Shown piece after piece: positions 31,203-42,304 of a stretch of 64,000 bases of DNA (position 1 is its first letter; every line of letters starts with the position of its first letter). The stretch is from Methanobacteriota archaeon. GTDB lineage: Archaea > Halobacteriota > Bog-38 > Methanoflorentales > Methanoflorentaceae. Both the position numbers and the translations under genes were made by a program. Under the pieces are notes generated by a model, which made no database searches, was not told the DNA's origin, and was given only the letters and a program-made list of their open reading frames with translations. The stretch covers positions 256,001-320,000 of the forward strand of contig CAVRAO010000008.1 in assembly GCA_963719035.1 (NCBI GenBank), given 5' to 3'.

Positions 31203-31219
31203 AAAAGGCGTGATTCAAT

Positions 31220-31975
31220 GTGATTCTGCTTAAAATCGGTGGCTCTGTCTTGACGGACAAAGCGCGAGCGAGCACTGTGCGAAAAGATTTCGTGCGCACG
31301 GTGGCTCAACAGATAGCCAACGCGAATAGAGCTGATCTAGTGCTTGTCCACGGCGCTGGCTCATTCGGCCACCCGCAAGCAGCGACGTACTTGTCTAAAG
31401 GCCGAAGCGTTAGTGACGTGTGGAAGACCCATCGAGCGGTATCCTCACTGAACACTTTGTTTATAAACGAGTTGCATTCCCAAAGTGTGCCTGCACTGCC
31501 TATTCACCCGCTAGATAGCATCACGCTACATGCTGGCAGAATTGCACATTTCGACATGACTGTGTTAAGCCTGATGCTCGAAAACGGTACCATTCCGGTG
31601 CTTCATGGCGACATCGTTATAGACAGCGCTGACGGTTTCAACATATTATCAGGAGATCAAATAATAGCATTTCTGGCGCAAAGGATGCAACCTGAAAAAA
31701 TAGGTATTGGAACCGACGTTGACGGAATTATATACAAAGGCGAAAAAATCTCCCATCTCAACGCTAGCGAGTTTGAAAATTACCGCAAAGATATCGCCGG
31801 TTCAAGCGTCGTAGACGTTACTGGGGGTATGCTCCGTAAAGTTTCCGAACTTGTGGAAATCGCTAAAGCTGGCATTCAATCTGAAATATTCAACGCTACT
31901 CGTGATGGCAACATAGCTAAGTTCTTGATGTCAAACCAACAGGTAGGGACGATTATATCCATGGAAACAAAATGA
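31220..31975 (+). CDS. Isopentenyl phosphate kinase
   Basis: LKIGGS, VHGAGSFGH, DVTGGM. Confidence 0.92.
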   Translation: MILLKIGGSVLTDKARASTVRKDFVRTVAQQIANANRADLVLVHGAGSFGHPQAATYLSKGRSVSDVWKTHRAVSSLNTLFINELHSQSVPALPIHPLDSITLHAGRIAHFDMTVLSLMLENGTIPVLHGDIVIDSADGFNILSGDQIIAFLAQRMQPEKIGIGTDVDGIIYKGEKISHLNASEFENYRKDIAGSSVVDVTGGMLRKVSELVEIAKAGIQSEIFNATRDGNIAKFLMSNQQVGTIISMETK

Positions 31976-33036
31976 CAACGAACAGAAAAATAGAACACTT
32001 AATGGTTTGCGCTGCTGAAGACGTAGAATCAGGAAAAACAGGCCTCGAAGATATTAGATTCATTCATAATGCAGTTCCGGAAATTGCAAAGTCAAAAATC
32101 GATGTGACTGCTGAATTCTTAGGAAGACGTTTCACAGCCCCTATCTTTATTGCAGGAATGACAGGTGGACACAGGGAAGCTACCGCTGTGAATGCTGCGC
32201 TTTCAACGGCAGCAGAGCAACTAGGAATCGGCATTGGTGTCGGGAGCCAACGCGCAGCGATTGAACACCCTGAACAAATCGAGTCATTTAGCATAGTCAG
32301 GGAGCGAGCGCCTAATGCCTTCGTGGTAGCTAACATTGGTGTTACTCAAATCAAGGAGTATGACCTAGATATTATCGAACGCATAATCGAAATGGTGGAC
32401 GCAGACGCGCTGGCAATTCACCTCAATTTCCTGCAGGAAGCTGTACAACCGGAAGGGAATACCGACGCAGAAGGCTGCCTCGACGCCATAAAATCACTTA
32501 GCGAATCCCTGCGGGTGCCGATTATCGCCAAGGAGACCGGTGCTGGCATTTCTAGAGAGGCAGCAACTCTTCTAAAAAAGGCAGGAGCGTCTGCGATTGA
32601 CGTGGGTGGTGCTGGAGGCACAAGCTGGGCTAAAGTTGAGACGTATCGTGCACAGACAGACCCTCTGCTCGAGAGATTGGGAGTACTATACAGCAACTGG
32701 GGTATACCTACTACGGTATCCATTTTAGAGTCTTTGATCCTGCCCGTTATCGGAACCGGGGGAATTAGGCACGGCCTTCACGTGGCCAAAGCAATTGCTC
32801 TTGGAGCGTCGTTGTGTGGTATAGGGTTGCCTTTATTGAAACTCGCAATAGAAGGTCCAGAAAATGTAATAAGCGAGATCACAACGATAACTGAAGAATT
32901 GAAAGTTGCTATGTTGCTCACGGGATGTAGGACACTCGCTGATCTTAAAAGATGCTCACTTATTATCTCAGGCGAAACCAAAGAGATCTTGCAGCAACGT
33001 GGATTTAACCTAACAGAGCTTCAGACAAGGAGGTAG
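31972..33036 (+). CDS. fni: Type 2 isopentenyl-diphosphate isomerase
   Basis: RKIEH, MTGG, GSQRAA, QEAVQPEG, KETGAG, GGTSW. Confidence 0.95.
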   Translation: MTTNRKIEHLMVCAAEDVESGKTGLEDIRFIHNAVPEIAKSKIDVTAEFLGRRFTAPIFIAGMTGGHREATAVNAALSTAAEQLGIGIGVGSQRAAIEHPEQIESFSIVRERAPNAFVVANIGVTQIKEYDLDIIERIIEMVDADALAIHLNFLQEAVQPEGNTDAEGCLDAIKSLSESLRVPIIAKETGAGISREAATLLKKAGASAIDVGGAGGTSWAKVETYRAQTDPLLERLGVLYSNWGIPTTVSILESLILPVIGTGGIRHGLHVAKAIALGASLCGIGLPLLKLAIEGPENVISEITTITEELKVAMLLTGCRTLADLKRCSLIISGETKEILQQRGFNLTELQTRR

Positions 33037-33040
33037 TCTA

Positions 33041-34381
33041 GTGGAGATAGAAGTTAACGCAATTGGCGGCTACGAAGAAGTCGGGCGCAATATGACTGCT
33101 ATTCGGGTGAAAAAAGACATCGTAGTCATAGATATGGGGCTCAGGCTAGACAGGATAGCGATTCACGAGGATGCAGAAATAGAGAAGATGCATCCTATTG
33201 ACTTAATCAAGATGGGAGCGATACCAAATGACGCACCGCTGAGTCAATCCAAGAGGGCTGTAAAGGCGATAGTCTGCACGCATGGACATCTTGATCATAT
33301 AGGCGCAGTGCCGAAGCTCGCACACAGATATGACGCCCCAATAATCGCGACACCGTTTACCGCTGAGCTGATAGCACAACAGATCCAGGCCGAGAAGAAG
33401 TTCGGCGTCGAAAATCCCCTTTATACGCTTGAAGCGGGACAAGTGTACCAAATAACTCCCGATATAGCAGTTGAATTCGTAAGAGCGACACACAGCATAC
33501 CCGATCCAATATTTGCCGTGCTACATACGCCGGCCGGCGCTCTCGTCTATGCGAACGACTTCAAGCTCGATCGAACTCCTGTGATTGGCAAACCCCCAGA
33601 CTTCAATCGCCTTAAAAGTCTGGGAAAAGAGGGAGTGCTCGCTTTGATCGTCGAAAGCACTCGAGTAAAGGAGGTCGGCAAAACCCCGTCAGAACAGATT
33701 GCTAAAGACCTAGTTCGCGACGTACTGCTTGGAACTGAAGAAGAAGACAAAGGGGTGCTTGTCACGACGTTTTCGTCACATATCGCCCGCGTAAAGACAA
33801 TCTTCGAAGCGGCTCAAGAGATGGACCGACGCCCACTGATCCTCGGCCGCTCTATGGAGCGATATCTGGGAACAGCTGAAAGGATGGGATATGTAGAGCT
33901 TCCAAATGACATTGGTGTGTACGGAAACAGGAGATCGGTAGATAAAATATTGAGACGAGTGATGCAGGAGGGCAAAGACAATTACCTTCCGATAATCACG
34001 GGTCATCAAGGAGAGCCCGAAGCTATGCTCACGAGGGTCGCACGCGACCTGACGCCCTATCAAGTTACGCCTGGCGACAAGATCGTGTTTTCTGCTGACG
34101 TGATCCCCAACCCGCTCAATGCGGGCAACCGATATTCGCTCGAAACAAAGCTCAAAATGCACGGTTCGCGGCTTTATACCAACGTCCACGTCTCAGGACA
34201 CGCGGCCCGTGAAGACCATTGGGAAATGATCAAGATGCTCAAACCAAGCCACATTTTTCCAACACACGGAGATCTGACGATGACGAGCTCTTACGTAGAA
34301 CTGGCGGAAGAAGCTGGTTACAGCCTGCGGGACAATATTCACCTTTTGAGGAACGGCCAGAACATTTCGGTAAAACCTTAG
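33041..34381 (+). CDS. rnj: Ribonuclease J (beta-CASP)
   Basis: GGYEEVGRNM, THGHLDHIG, HVSGH, PTHG. Confidence 0.93.
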   Translation: MEIEVNAIGGYEEVGRNMTAIRVKKDIVVIDMGLRLDRIAIHEDAEIEKMHPIDLIKMGAIPNDAPLSQSKRAVKAIVCTHGHLDHIGAVPKLAHRYDAPIIATPFTAELIAQQIQAEKKFGVENPLYTLEAGQVYQITPDIAVEFVRATHSIPDPIFAVLHTPAGALVYANDFKLDRTPVIGKPPDFNRLKSLGKEGVLALIVESTRVKEVGKTPSEQIAKDLVRDVLLGTEEEDKGVLVTTFSSHIARVKTIFEAAQEMDRRPLILGRSMERYLGTAERMGYVELPNDIGVYGNRRSVDKILRRVMQEGKDNYLPIITGHQGEPEAMLTRVARDLTPYQVTPGDKIVFSADVIPNPLNAGNRYSLETKLKMHGSRLYTNVHVSGHAAREDHWEMIKMLKPSHIFPTHGDLTMTSSYVELAEEAGYSLRDNIHLLRNGQNISVKP

Positions 34382-34439
34382 AAGCCAAGAGGAAACCGCC
34401 CCTAGAGCCGCATATCGTTAGCGAAATCGCAGCGCTTTC

Positions 34440-35423
34440 ATGGAGATGCCAAAAATGAACAGTTTGAGCAACGACTTAGGCAAAAGAAAGGATATGATCG
34501 ACAATGCGCTAGATGACTATGTCCAGGTAGTTTTTCCCGAAGAATTGTACAGAGCTGCCCGCCATCTCATTGAAGCGGGCGGGAAAAGGCTGCGGCCTTC
34601 AGTTTTACTAATGGCTGCCCAAACGGTTGACCCGGACATCGCTATAGACACGATAATTCCCGCCGCGGTCTCCGTGGAGCTCATTCACAATTTTACATTA
34701 ATTCACGACGATATCATGGATGCTGATGAGACGAGACGCTCCATTGAGACCGTTCACACAAAGTGGGGGATGTCACAAGGCGTTCTAGCAGGCGATGCAC
34801 TTTACGCCAAAGCCTTTGAAGTGCTTTCGTATACGAGAAAAGAACCAGACAAGGTGACAAAATGTCTTCGGCTGCTCGCCAAGGCATGTTTACGCATCTG
34901 CGAAGGGCAATGGCTCGACATCGCGTTCGAGCATAATCGGAACGTATCGGAGGCAGACTACCTCGACATGGTTCAAAAAAAGACCGCTGTCCTTTATGCA
35001 GCGAGTCTTGCCATGGGAGGTATACTCGGAGGCGGCACTGACGATGAAGTGCACGCTCTTTGGGAATTTGGCATTGCCATCGGTATCAGTTTTCAGATCC
35101 GCGATGACGTGCTCGACCTCATTACACCATACGAAGTGCTCGGAAAAGACAGAGCAAGCGACCTCACAGAAGACAAGATGACGCTTATTATGATACACGG
35201 GCTTAACCATGGGATAACCCTTGACCCATCTAAACTTACGACAGAAAATGAAATCGACAAAGCGATTGAAGCTTTGCAGAATGCTGGATCGATAGATTAC
35301 GCCATGGAAAAGGCGCGAGAGCTTCTAAAAGTCGGCAAGTCGCGACTCTCTATTATAGCCGATTCAGAGGCAAAAGATAATTTACTCGCACTCGCGGACC
35401 ATATGATTTCCAGAGTCTATTGA
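34440..35423 (+). CDS. idsA: Geranylgeranyl diphosphate synthase
   Basis: GGKRLRP, FTLIHDDIMD, FQIRDDVLD. Confidence 0.9.
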   Translation: MEMPKMNSLSNDLGKRKDMIDNALDDYVQVVFPEELYRAARHLIEAGGKRLRPSVLLMAAQTVDPDIAIDTIIPAAVSVELIHNFTLIHDDIMDADETRRSIETVHTKWGMSQGVLAGDALYAKAFEVLSYTRKEPDKVTKCLRLLAKACLRICEGQWLDIAFEHNRNVSEADYLDMVQKKTAVLYAASLAMGGILGGGTDDEVHALWEFGIAIGISFQIRDDVLDLITPYEVLGKDRASDLTEDKMTLIMIHGLNHGITLDPSKLTTENEIDKAIEALQNAGSIDYAMEKARELLKVGKSRLSIIADSEAKDNLLALADHMISRVY

Positions 35424-35446
35424 TTGTTATCAGTCGAGGCGATCGA

Positions 35447-37135
35447 GTGGATCCTCAGGTTTTAAGCACAGAGATTAAAGCACGAGCGCTCCAAAATGCG
35501 ATTCGACACGGAGGTAAGGCAGACCGACGTGCCGTCATATCAAAGCTTATTGGCGATTATCCCGAACTTAGACAGCAAGCTTCAGCAATATCAAGCTCAA
35601 TGGACGACGTCATAGCTGAGGTCAACGTCCTGACACTCGATGAACAGAGAGAATTGCTCGAAGAAATAGCCCCAGAACTGCTAAGTCACGAAGGACAGCA
35701 GCGAGGCGAGAGAACCCATCTCCCGGAGCTGCCGCACTGCGAACGCGTGATCATGCGATTCGCACCTAATCCTAATGGGCCCGCTACTCTCGGCAGCGCA
35801 CGCGGAATTGTTGTCAATTCTGAATACGCTAGAAGATATGACGGTACATTTATTTTGCGTTTTGATGATACCGACCCTCAAACGAAGCGGCCAATGCTTG
35901 AAGCGTACGCGTGGTACCTCGAGGATTGTGAATGGCTTGGTGCTACCCCAAACATCGTGGTTAACGCTTCCGACCAAATGGAGGTATATTACCGTTACGC
36001 TGAAAAACTCATCGCAATGGGTGCGGCCTATGTTTGCACTTGCCCCCAACAGCACTTTAAGGCGCTTAAAGAAGCAGGATTGGCGTGTCCTAATCGCGAC
36101 AATGCACCTGAACTGAATATGAAGCTTTGGAAACAAATGCTCGACGGTCATTTTAGCGAAAAAGAAGCGGTTTTAAGAATTAAAACTGATATAACCCATA
36201 AAAATCCTGCTTTACGCGACTGGATAGGCTTCCGAATTGTCGATCTGACGCACCCCAGAGGGCTCACATTTCGAGTGTGGCCGCTGCTTGATTTCGAATC
36301 GGCCATTGAAGACCACGAGCTAGGGGTCACGCATATAATCAGAGGAAAAGATTTGCGTGATAGTGAAAAAAGACAGAAGTTCCTTTACGACCATCTAAGG
36401 TGGGAGTACCCGTTCACCTTACACTGGGGAAGGATTAGTGTGCACGAATTCGGCAAGTTCTCAACAAGTGCACTGAAGAAGCAGATTAGCGAAGGACTTT
36501 ACAGTGGGTGGGATGACCCTAGACTCCCAACACTAAGGGCTTTGCGGAGGCGAGGTTTTACTCCAGAAGCGATCAAGCGCTTTATTGTGAAGCTTGGCGT
36601 TAACGAATCGGATATTAGCGTGAGCCTAGAGAACCTCTATGCTGAGAATAGAAAAATCGTGGACCCGGTTGCTCATAGATATTTCTTCGTAGATGATCCG
36701 GTCCTTATGCACATAGCCGAAAGCGCCCCTACCATAGCCCATGCACCGCTGCACCCGTCAGATCCTAATGTGTACAGAGAGATTCCCGTCGAAGCAGACG
36801 TTTGCATAAGTACAAAAGACAATACGTTTTCTCTAGGCGATTTGGTGCGATTGAAGGACCTTTATAACGTTAGAATTGTGCGCAAAGAACCTCTAGAAGC
36901 AGAATACGCCGGCCACGAAATAGTGAAAGGCACGAAAATAATCCACTGGGCCCCGCCTGACGGGCCTATGGTTCAGGTGCTCACGCCGAGCGGAGTCGAT
37001 GTAGGAGTTGGCGAAGCTGGCATTGAAAATGAACTAGACAATGTGGTGCAATTTGAACGTTACGGATTTGTTAGAGTTGATAGGGTGGAACGAGACGGAT
37101 TGACAAAAATAACGTGCTACTTTACCCATCGGTAG
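35447..37135 (+). CDS. gltX: Glutamate--tRNA ligase
   Basis: RFAPNPNG, RFDDTDP, WDDPRLPTL, QFERYGF. Confidence 0.95.
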   Translation: MDPQVLSTEIKARALQNAIRHGGKADRRAVISKLIGDYPELRQQASAISSSMDDVIAEVNVLTLDEQRELLEEIAPELLSHEGQQRGERTHLPELPHCERVIMRFAPNPNGPATLGSARGIVVNSEYARRYDGTFILRFDDTDPQTKRPMLEAYAWYLEDCEWLGATPNIVVNASDQMEVYYRYAEKLIAMGAAYVCTCPQQHFKALKEAGLACPNRDNAPELNMKLWKQMLDGHFSEKEAVLRIKTDITHKNPALRDWIGFRIVDLTHPRGLTFRVWPLLDFESAIEDHELGVTHIIRGKDLRDSEKRQKFLYDHLRWEYPFTLHWGRISVHEFGKFSTSALKKQISEGLYSGWDDPRLPTLRALRRRGFTPEAIKRFIVKLGVNESDISVSLENLYAENRKIVDPVAHRYFFVDDPVLMHIAESAPTIAHAPLHPSDPNVYREIPVEADVCISTKDNTFSLGDLVRLKDLYNVRIVRKEPLEAEYAGHEIVKGTKIIHWAPPDGPMVQVLTPSGVDVGVGEAGIENELDNVVQFERYGFVRVDRVERDGLTKITCYFTHR

Positions 37136-37178
37136 ATCTAAGCGACACCTCATCTCTAAACGGTGAACGAGTGCCGCG

Positions 37179-38969
37179 TTAAGAATTGAACAGAACGAGT
37201 AACAACGATATAGCTACAGACGCAATAATCACAGAGATTGCTAAGGCGCCGCCCATTGCCATTATAGCATTTACTGTACTTGCGAGCTCTGCAGTCTTTT
37301 GCGAGCCAAAAACAGATACACCTGTAGCTTGTTGGGTGTTCATCCCAAACGAAACCTGCTCTAGATCCTCCTCTGCCTCATCAACAAGCTCTATGATCGT
37401 CTTCAACAGAACGCCGTTGTCGGCTCTGAGCCCCAACCAGTTCGCACCACCAAAGGAGTTCACGACGTGGTTGTCAGTGGTCATGATTTCCGCTTCATCG
37501 ACTTTCAAAGCGCTGACAACCATTTCCCGCAAATTTGGGACCATGTTATTAGCATCCGCCAAGATGTACGCTGTTCGCTGTCCTCCAGCGTCAACCAAAG
37601 CAACCTGAATTCCGAGATCACCCATACCCTCGTCTCGTCTGAAAATAGGCCCCTTACTAGCTATTCCAAGCTTTATATCAGTTTCAAGGGGTTCTGTTAA
37701 CATCAGTCGTGACGAGGCCTCCCTAATCGCGTCAATCAGATCGAATGAATTCTTCGTGCCCGCCCAGATGGATGACGCATATGGAGTCGTGCAGTTGTGT
37801 GCATCAATCAACACAGAAAATCGAACACCCTGTGTTCTCGCTTCAGCACTAGCAACCAGACCAAGCCCAAATTCAATATCCTCTGTAGATTCGGGCGACA
37901 AAGTCGATATAAACAGAATTGAGTTGCCAAATCTTTGAGCGAGAAGTTTTACCTGGCCTTTCTTTACTCTAATTGATTTTGATGCGTCTGTGCCATATTG
38001 GGTGTTTTCCAGCGCGCGTGCCGCAGCTTCAACTATTTTCAGTGACTCTTTTGCCGAAACTAAATTGAAATCGTGCGTCGCGGTTCCGTGGGGAACCAAA
38101 ACCTCTCCGCCATCGAGATTGTCTACTATCCTCACGGGCAGATTTCCGCCGCCAAGCTCACCGACTGGACCTGGATGTACGGCTGGGATAACAAAAGTGG
38201 CTTTAAGCTGTTCTTTGGACCTAAAGGAGAGGGTAGTGACGGGAACTGTCACAGATTCGCCTATCTTTTTAAAGAAGTCTTCCATCCCAGGGGCGCCGTC
38301 GACTGCTTGTGCAATGTAGCCACGAATGAAATCTATGCCGCTAACGCCGAACGACTTTCTTAAAGGTGCATCGATGTACCGTATGAATACTAGCGTCCCC
38401 ACCGTGAAAATGATGCTTATTATGACTAAATTCACGACGTAGCCCGTGACCCCGAATAACGGCAAGAAAATAGCCCCAAATATAGTTTGAAGTGAAGCAG
38501 GGCCTACATTTCGGGCAACGCTCTTCATCGTTGTGGCCATCAACACTAAAAGCCTGAAAGCAAAAACTACGCCTAATGACATGACGTACGCTGAAAACGT
38601 CAGCTGCCAACCTGTAACAAACGAAATCACCGCACCGATTATACAAAAAAGGCTAATAATTATGGCTCCAACGAACGCCAACAAAGCGGAACGATTGATG
38701 GTCATAGTTCCTTGCAACAACCGAGCCAGCGGATGAGTAAAAGCGGCGGCCATTACTGCTGGGATACCAATAAGGACCAAGCCAGCGAGAAGATTCTCTC
38801 TCAACCCAAGGTTAAAGACGCCCGCGCCGACCACGAGAGATAATGCAAGCGTAAATGGGATCGTGTTTTTCCATCGTGGCGCTGTAAAGACATATTTCAT
38901 CAGTCCAGCAGTCCGCTCTTCCATCCCCTTTACAACTTTCTCCTTCGGGCCAAACAACCTAAGCTTCAT
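37179..38969 (-). CDS. DUF2070 family membrane protein
   Basis: N-terminal TMs; VHPGP..GGGNLP, PHG..THDFN, DAHN, TTDNH. Confidence 0.85.
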   Translation of the reverse strand: MKLRLFGPKEKVVKGMEERTAGLMKYVFTAPRWKNTIPFTLALSLVVGAGVFNLGLRENLLAGLVLIGIPAVMAAAFTHPLARLLQGTMTINRSALLAFVGAIIISLFCIIGAVISFVTGWQLTFSAYVMSLGVVFAFRLLVLMATTMKSVARNVGPASLQTIFGAIFLPLFGVTGYVVNLVIISIIFTVGTLVFIRYIDAPLRKSFGVSGIDFIRGYIAQAVDGAPGMEDFFKKIGESVTVPVTTLSFRSKEQLKATFVIPAVHPGPVGELGGGNLPVRIVDNLDGGEVLVPHGTATHDFNLVSAKESLKIVEAAARALENTQYGTDASKSIRVKKGQVKLLAQRFGNSILFISTLSPESTEDIEFGLGLVASAEARTQGVRFSVLIDAHNCTTPYASSIWAGTKNSFDLIDAIREASSRLMLTEPLETDIKLGIASKGPIFRRDEGMGDLGIQVALVDAGGQRTAYILADANNMVPNLREMVVSALKVDEAEIMTTDNHVVNSFGGANWLGLRADNGVLLKTIIELVDEAEEDLEQVSFGMNTQQATGVSVFGSQKTAELASTVNAIMAMGGALAISVIIASVAISLLLVLFNS

Positions 38970-39647
38970 CGATTCGCCCCGCTCTTTTCTTGAAGTTCTA
39001 GCTTACGAATTTCTATATGCCCTCTGCACTGTCCGTCAAACCACTTCTTTTCATAACTGATTATCTTAATGCGTTTGTGAAAGATCGGCGCATCGAGGAC
39101 GAGCGTTTCGTACTCTCCCCCTTCCCCCATAATATGCACTCCGTATCTTCGATGCAAAACAGATAAATCGTCAACCGCTTCTTCATCGATTGTACAGACC
39201 TAGCCACGATTCATCCAATCCTTGCGCCGCTACCTGAACGACTGTAATTTGCATTAAGCGCGCCATTGCCCGTAGCAGATGTTCACTGCCTCTGTTCCAA
39301 AGGGGTGCATACAGGTCCAATTGCAGCTTGTCGCAGAGCGTTTTAAATCGACTCATCTGGTAGTTTGATGCTATCGTACCCACTACAACCCCGTCTACTT
39401 CTAGATCTTGCAGCAAGCTTCTTAGTACGACCAACTCGTCCTCATATGAAGAAGATACGCCCGATGTTAGTGGGATACCGACAGCTTGTGAAATTAGAGG
39501 GGTGACATGTACACACGGTGTGTGATACATAAATGAGTCTTCTACAGGTTGAATGTTCACCAAATGCACCACTTCGTGTGCATACGACGCGCACGTTAGT
39601 GCGCAGATTGAGTCCTTGCCCCCCGAAATCAAAGCAGCTAAACGCAT
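38966..39647 (-). CDS. dph6: Diphthine--ammonia ligase (one-base frameshift near 39196)
   Basis: SGGKDS, SFMYH, APLW; continues in another frame as TIDEEAV...GEGGEYETLVLDAP. Confidence 0.88.
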
Positions 39648-39680
39648 TCAGTCTCCGCGCTTAATTAGAACAGGCAAGTG

Positions 39681-40025
39681 TCAGTCTTCTTTTAGAATAA
39701 CGTCAATTGCTTTAAGCGGCACATCTACCAAAGCTTTGCCTATTACTGACTTTGCGATTTTTGCTGCGTGGGACTCGTTTTCGGCATTCAATATTTTGAT
39801 TTCGAGTATCAATCCGACGAGGGCTGTTTTCGCCACTAAATACGCACTGTTTAATGTTTCTCCGCACGCGGGACAAGATATTGACCCGACTGCGACTTCA
39901 ACCTTGCTGAGCTTCGGGTTTAAACGCTTACCAGTCTCCGCTATCGCTATACCTATAGCATCGTCTACCGATTTGACGTCTTTTACAAGCCATGCTGCCT
40001 CGAGTGTGACATAAAAGTCGGGCAT
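39681..40025 (-). CDS. DUF555/UPF0212 family protein
   Basis: [30 protein letters not shown]. Confidence 0.85.
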   Translation of the reverse strand: MPDFYVTLEAAWLVKDVKSVDDAIGIAIAETGKRLNPKLSKVEVAVGSISCPACGETLNSAYLVAKTALVGLILEIKILNAENESHAAKIAKSVIGKALVDVPLKAIDVILKED

Positions 40026-40115
40026 ACTTTCTCTTAAGCCTGCACTGTTAATTAATATTCTTATAGGGCGATTCTTCCAAAGACGTTATCGCTTGTTCGA
40101 TCGAAGAGCTGCCGT

Positions 40116-40367
40116 TTAAGCTGTTTTTTCAGTCCGAAGGGCCCCTACGCGAACTCCTGCGTCAAGCCATCCATGGCCATAGCTAAAGCACACCAAAGCA
40201 TTGACTAAATCGCCGATAGCTTGAAAATGAAGCCCATCTTTATAGTAAGACCGCGCCATGACTAAAAAATCTGTTGAAATCTTATCGTTGGAAATGATTT
40301 CTACGTGTTCTAGGTCAAAGCGAAGCATTGCTTCATAACGTGCCACCTTCTCTACGATTTCTGACAT
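40116..40367 (-). CDS. DUF357 family protein
   Basis: MARSYYKDGLHF, SYGHGWLDAG. Confidence 0.88.
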   Translation of the reverse strand: MSEIVEKVARYEAMLRFDLEHVEIISNDKISTDFLVMARSYYKDGLHFQAIGDLVNALVCFSYGHGWLDAGVRVGALRTEKTA

Positions 40368-40368
40368 T

Positions 40369-41124
40369 TTAAGTACCAGCAAACGTTTGAAGCGCCTCTT
40401 TTTCTACAAAATGAAGTGATGCCGGAATGACAAGAATGTGCATCGGAGGACCAAAGTCGTATTCTTTAAGCTTCCCCAGCGTGTCTGCTCTCACAGTTGG
40501 TGAGCGTGACCCTGCCCTCGCAATGCCAACCCCCTGTAAAGAGGCCAATTGATCTCGTCCTTTCTCGTGTTCGCTGTGAAGTAGCAATTTTATTCCCTGT
40601 CCAAGCGTCATGAATTCTTCTTGTATATCCAAAAAGAGCAACGTATGGAGGTCATTCCTTAGATTCAATGCGACTGTATTGTAAGGCATATCTGAAATTT
40701 CTCTATAAGGAAAAGCAATGGTCGCCGACTTGCCAAAACGATAGTTTTGAAGGCCGGTCAATCCACAAACTGCGGTAGTGATCGACGCACCATGAATAAT
40801 TTGGGTGCTTATTCCTTGGTTGTGCGCCCGTATTCTCAAAGCGACATGTGTTGTAGAAATCATCGCGTCGCCCGCAGTCAAGAAGGCAACGTTCTTGTGT
40901 TTAGCATCTCTTAGAATGTTCTTGTCGGGAGCTTGCTCTACGTCCTCTCTACCAAGCAAATGTATTTCGCGCTTATATAATCCTTCAAGTTTCTCAATTG
41001 TCGTTCCCATCAGCTTTGAAGTATAAAACTCAGCGTATATCACATCGGCATTTTCGATCGCTTTTAGTCCTTTCACTGATACATCGTCTTCATCAAATAG
41101 ACCCAGACCAACGAATGTCAGCAC
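40369..41124 (-). CDS. dph5: Diphthine synthase
   Basis: FVGLGL, EFYTS, GLQNYRFGKS, HTLLFLD; probable start GTG 41124. Confidence 0.93.
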   Translation of the reverse strand: MLTFVGLGLFDEDDVSVKGLKAIENADVIYAEFYTSKLMGTTIEKLEGLYKREIHLLGREDVEQAPDKNILRDAKHKNVAFLTAGDAMISTTHVALRIRAHNQGISTQIIHGASITTAVCGLTGLQNYRFGKSATIAFPYREISDMPYNTVALNLRNDLHTLLFLDIQEEFMTLGQGIKLLLHSEHEKGRDQLASLQGVGIARAGSRSPTVRADTLGKLKEYDFGPPMHILVIPASLHFVEKEALQTFAGT

Positions 41125-41277
41125 TGAACTACCCCGATCCGAGAAAGAATTCGGCAAATAGCTTGGTGTCAAATGCAATAGCTTTTTCTCTCTCAGATTG
41201 ACCGCGTTAGTGGTATACAAGCGCAGCTTGTCGAAGACCAGAAAAAAGATAACTTCGAGCGTTCTCTTATCGAGCAG

Positions 41278-42255
41278 ATGGTTGTGTCGCAGAAAAAATG
41301 GTGCGTCACCGCGCCAAAACAAGAAGGCGAGCGGGTCAGGAGAGAGCTCAAGGAGCTTAGCCTCTTGGATGAGAGATATAAAATAGAAGAACGAAACGGA
41401 CGGCTTTACATACCGTTCAAAGGAGGGCCGCACGAACACCGCTATAACGTGGAAGCATGTTCCGTTGACCTTCGGCCGCAAACGCTTCGGAAGAGGCTTG
41501 GAATCAGTTACGATACAATTGGGGACATTGCTATAATCGGTTGGTTCGATGGCGCTCGAGCCGCCGCGACCGAACTTTTGGAGACGCAAAATCACATCAA
41601 AGTTGTTCTCGCTGCGGTTAGCGGTGTGAGTGGCGAGTACAGACTGAAAGATCTCATCTTCGTTGCTGGCGAGAGACGGACGGAGACAGAACACAAAGAG
41701 TACGGCTCCAGACTGCTGATCGATGTCTCGAGAGTTTATTTCAGCCCGCGCTTAGCGACAGAAAGACACCGCTTGGTTGAATTGGCGCAGTCGGATGAGA
41801 CCGTTGCTGACATGTTTGCCGGGGCCGGGCCCTTTACCGTATTACTAGCAAAGAAAGTAAAAAAAGCAATCGCTATTGAGTTGAACCCTGCTGCGTTTCG
41901 TTACCTGAAAAGGAACATCGAATTGAACAAGTTAGATAACGTCAAGGCTTGCTTGGGCGACGCAAAAGACCTAGCACCCAGATTTGCAGGTGCAGCAGAT
42001 CGTGTTATTATGAATTTGCCGCACAGTGCCTTCAATTTCTTGAGCGAAGCCTTGACCATACTCAGCAGCGGCGGTGGCTTTGTCCATTACTACGACGTGA
42101 AACCTGAAAACGAGTTTCCTGAAACCATTGAAAGAGTCAATGAGTTTGTCCAAAATCGTGATAGGACCGTTGAAACGATTTATCTTAAGAAGGTCAGATC
42201 ATACGCTCCACATCAATATCATATCGCAATTGACCTAAAAATCGCTCCACGTTGA
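41278..42255 (+). CDS. trm5: Trm5/Met-10 family tRNA methyltransferase
   Basis: IGDIAI, YFSPRL, DMFAGAGPF, RVIMNLP, RSYAP. Confidence 0.85.
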   Translation: MVVSQKKWCVTAPKQEGERVRRELKELSLLDERYKIEERNGRLYIPFKGGPHEHRYNVEACSVDLRPQTLRKRLGISYDTIGDIAIIGWFDGARAAATELLETQNHIKVVLAAVSGVSGEYRLKDLIFVAGERRTETEHKEYGSRLLIDVSRVYFSPRLATERHRLVELAQSDETVADMFAGAGPFTVLLAKKVKKAIAIELNPAAFRYLKRNIELNKLDNVKACLGDAKDLAPRFAGAADRVIMNLPHSAFNFLSEALTILSSGGGFVHYYDVKPENEFPETIERVNEFVQNRDRTVETIYLKKVRSYAPHQYHIAIDLKIAPR

Positions 42256-42304
42256 CTTGGCACGGATTCTGCGTTTGAGCTCGACGCAAACTCGAAAGCG
42301 ACAT

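Noticed and set aside
41125-41694. Long N-terminal extension of dph5 (441-aa ORF)
   Set aside because: It is an antisense shadow of trm5; Dph5 homology starts at GTG 41124.
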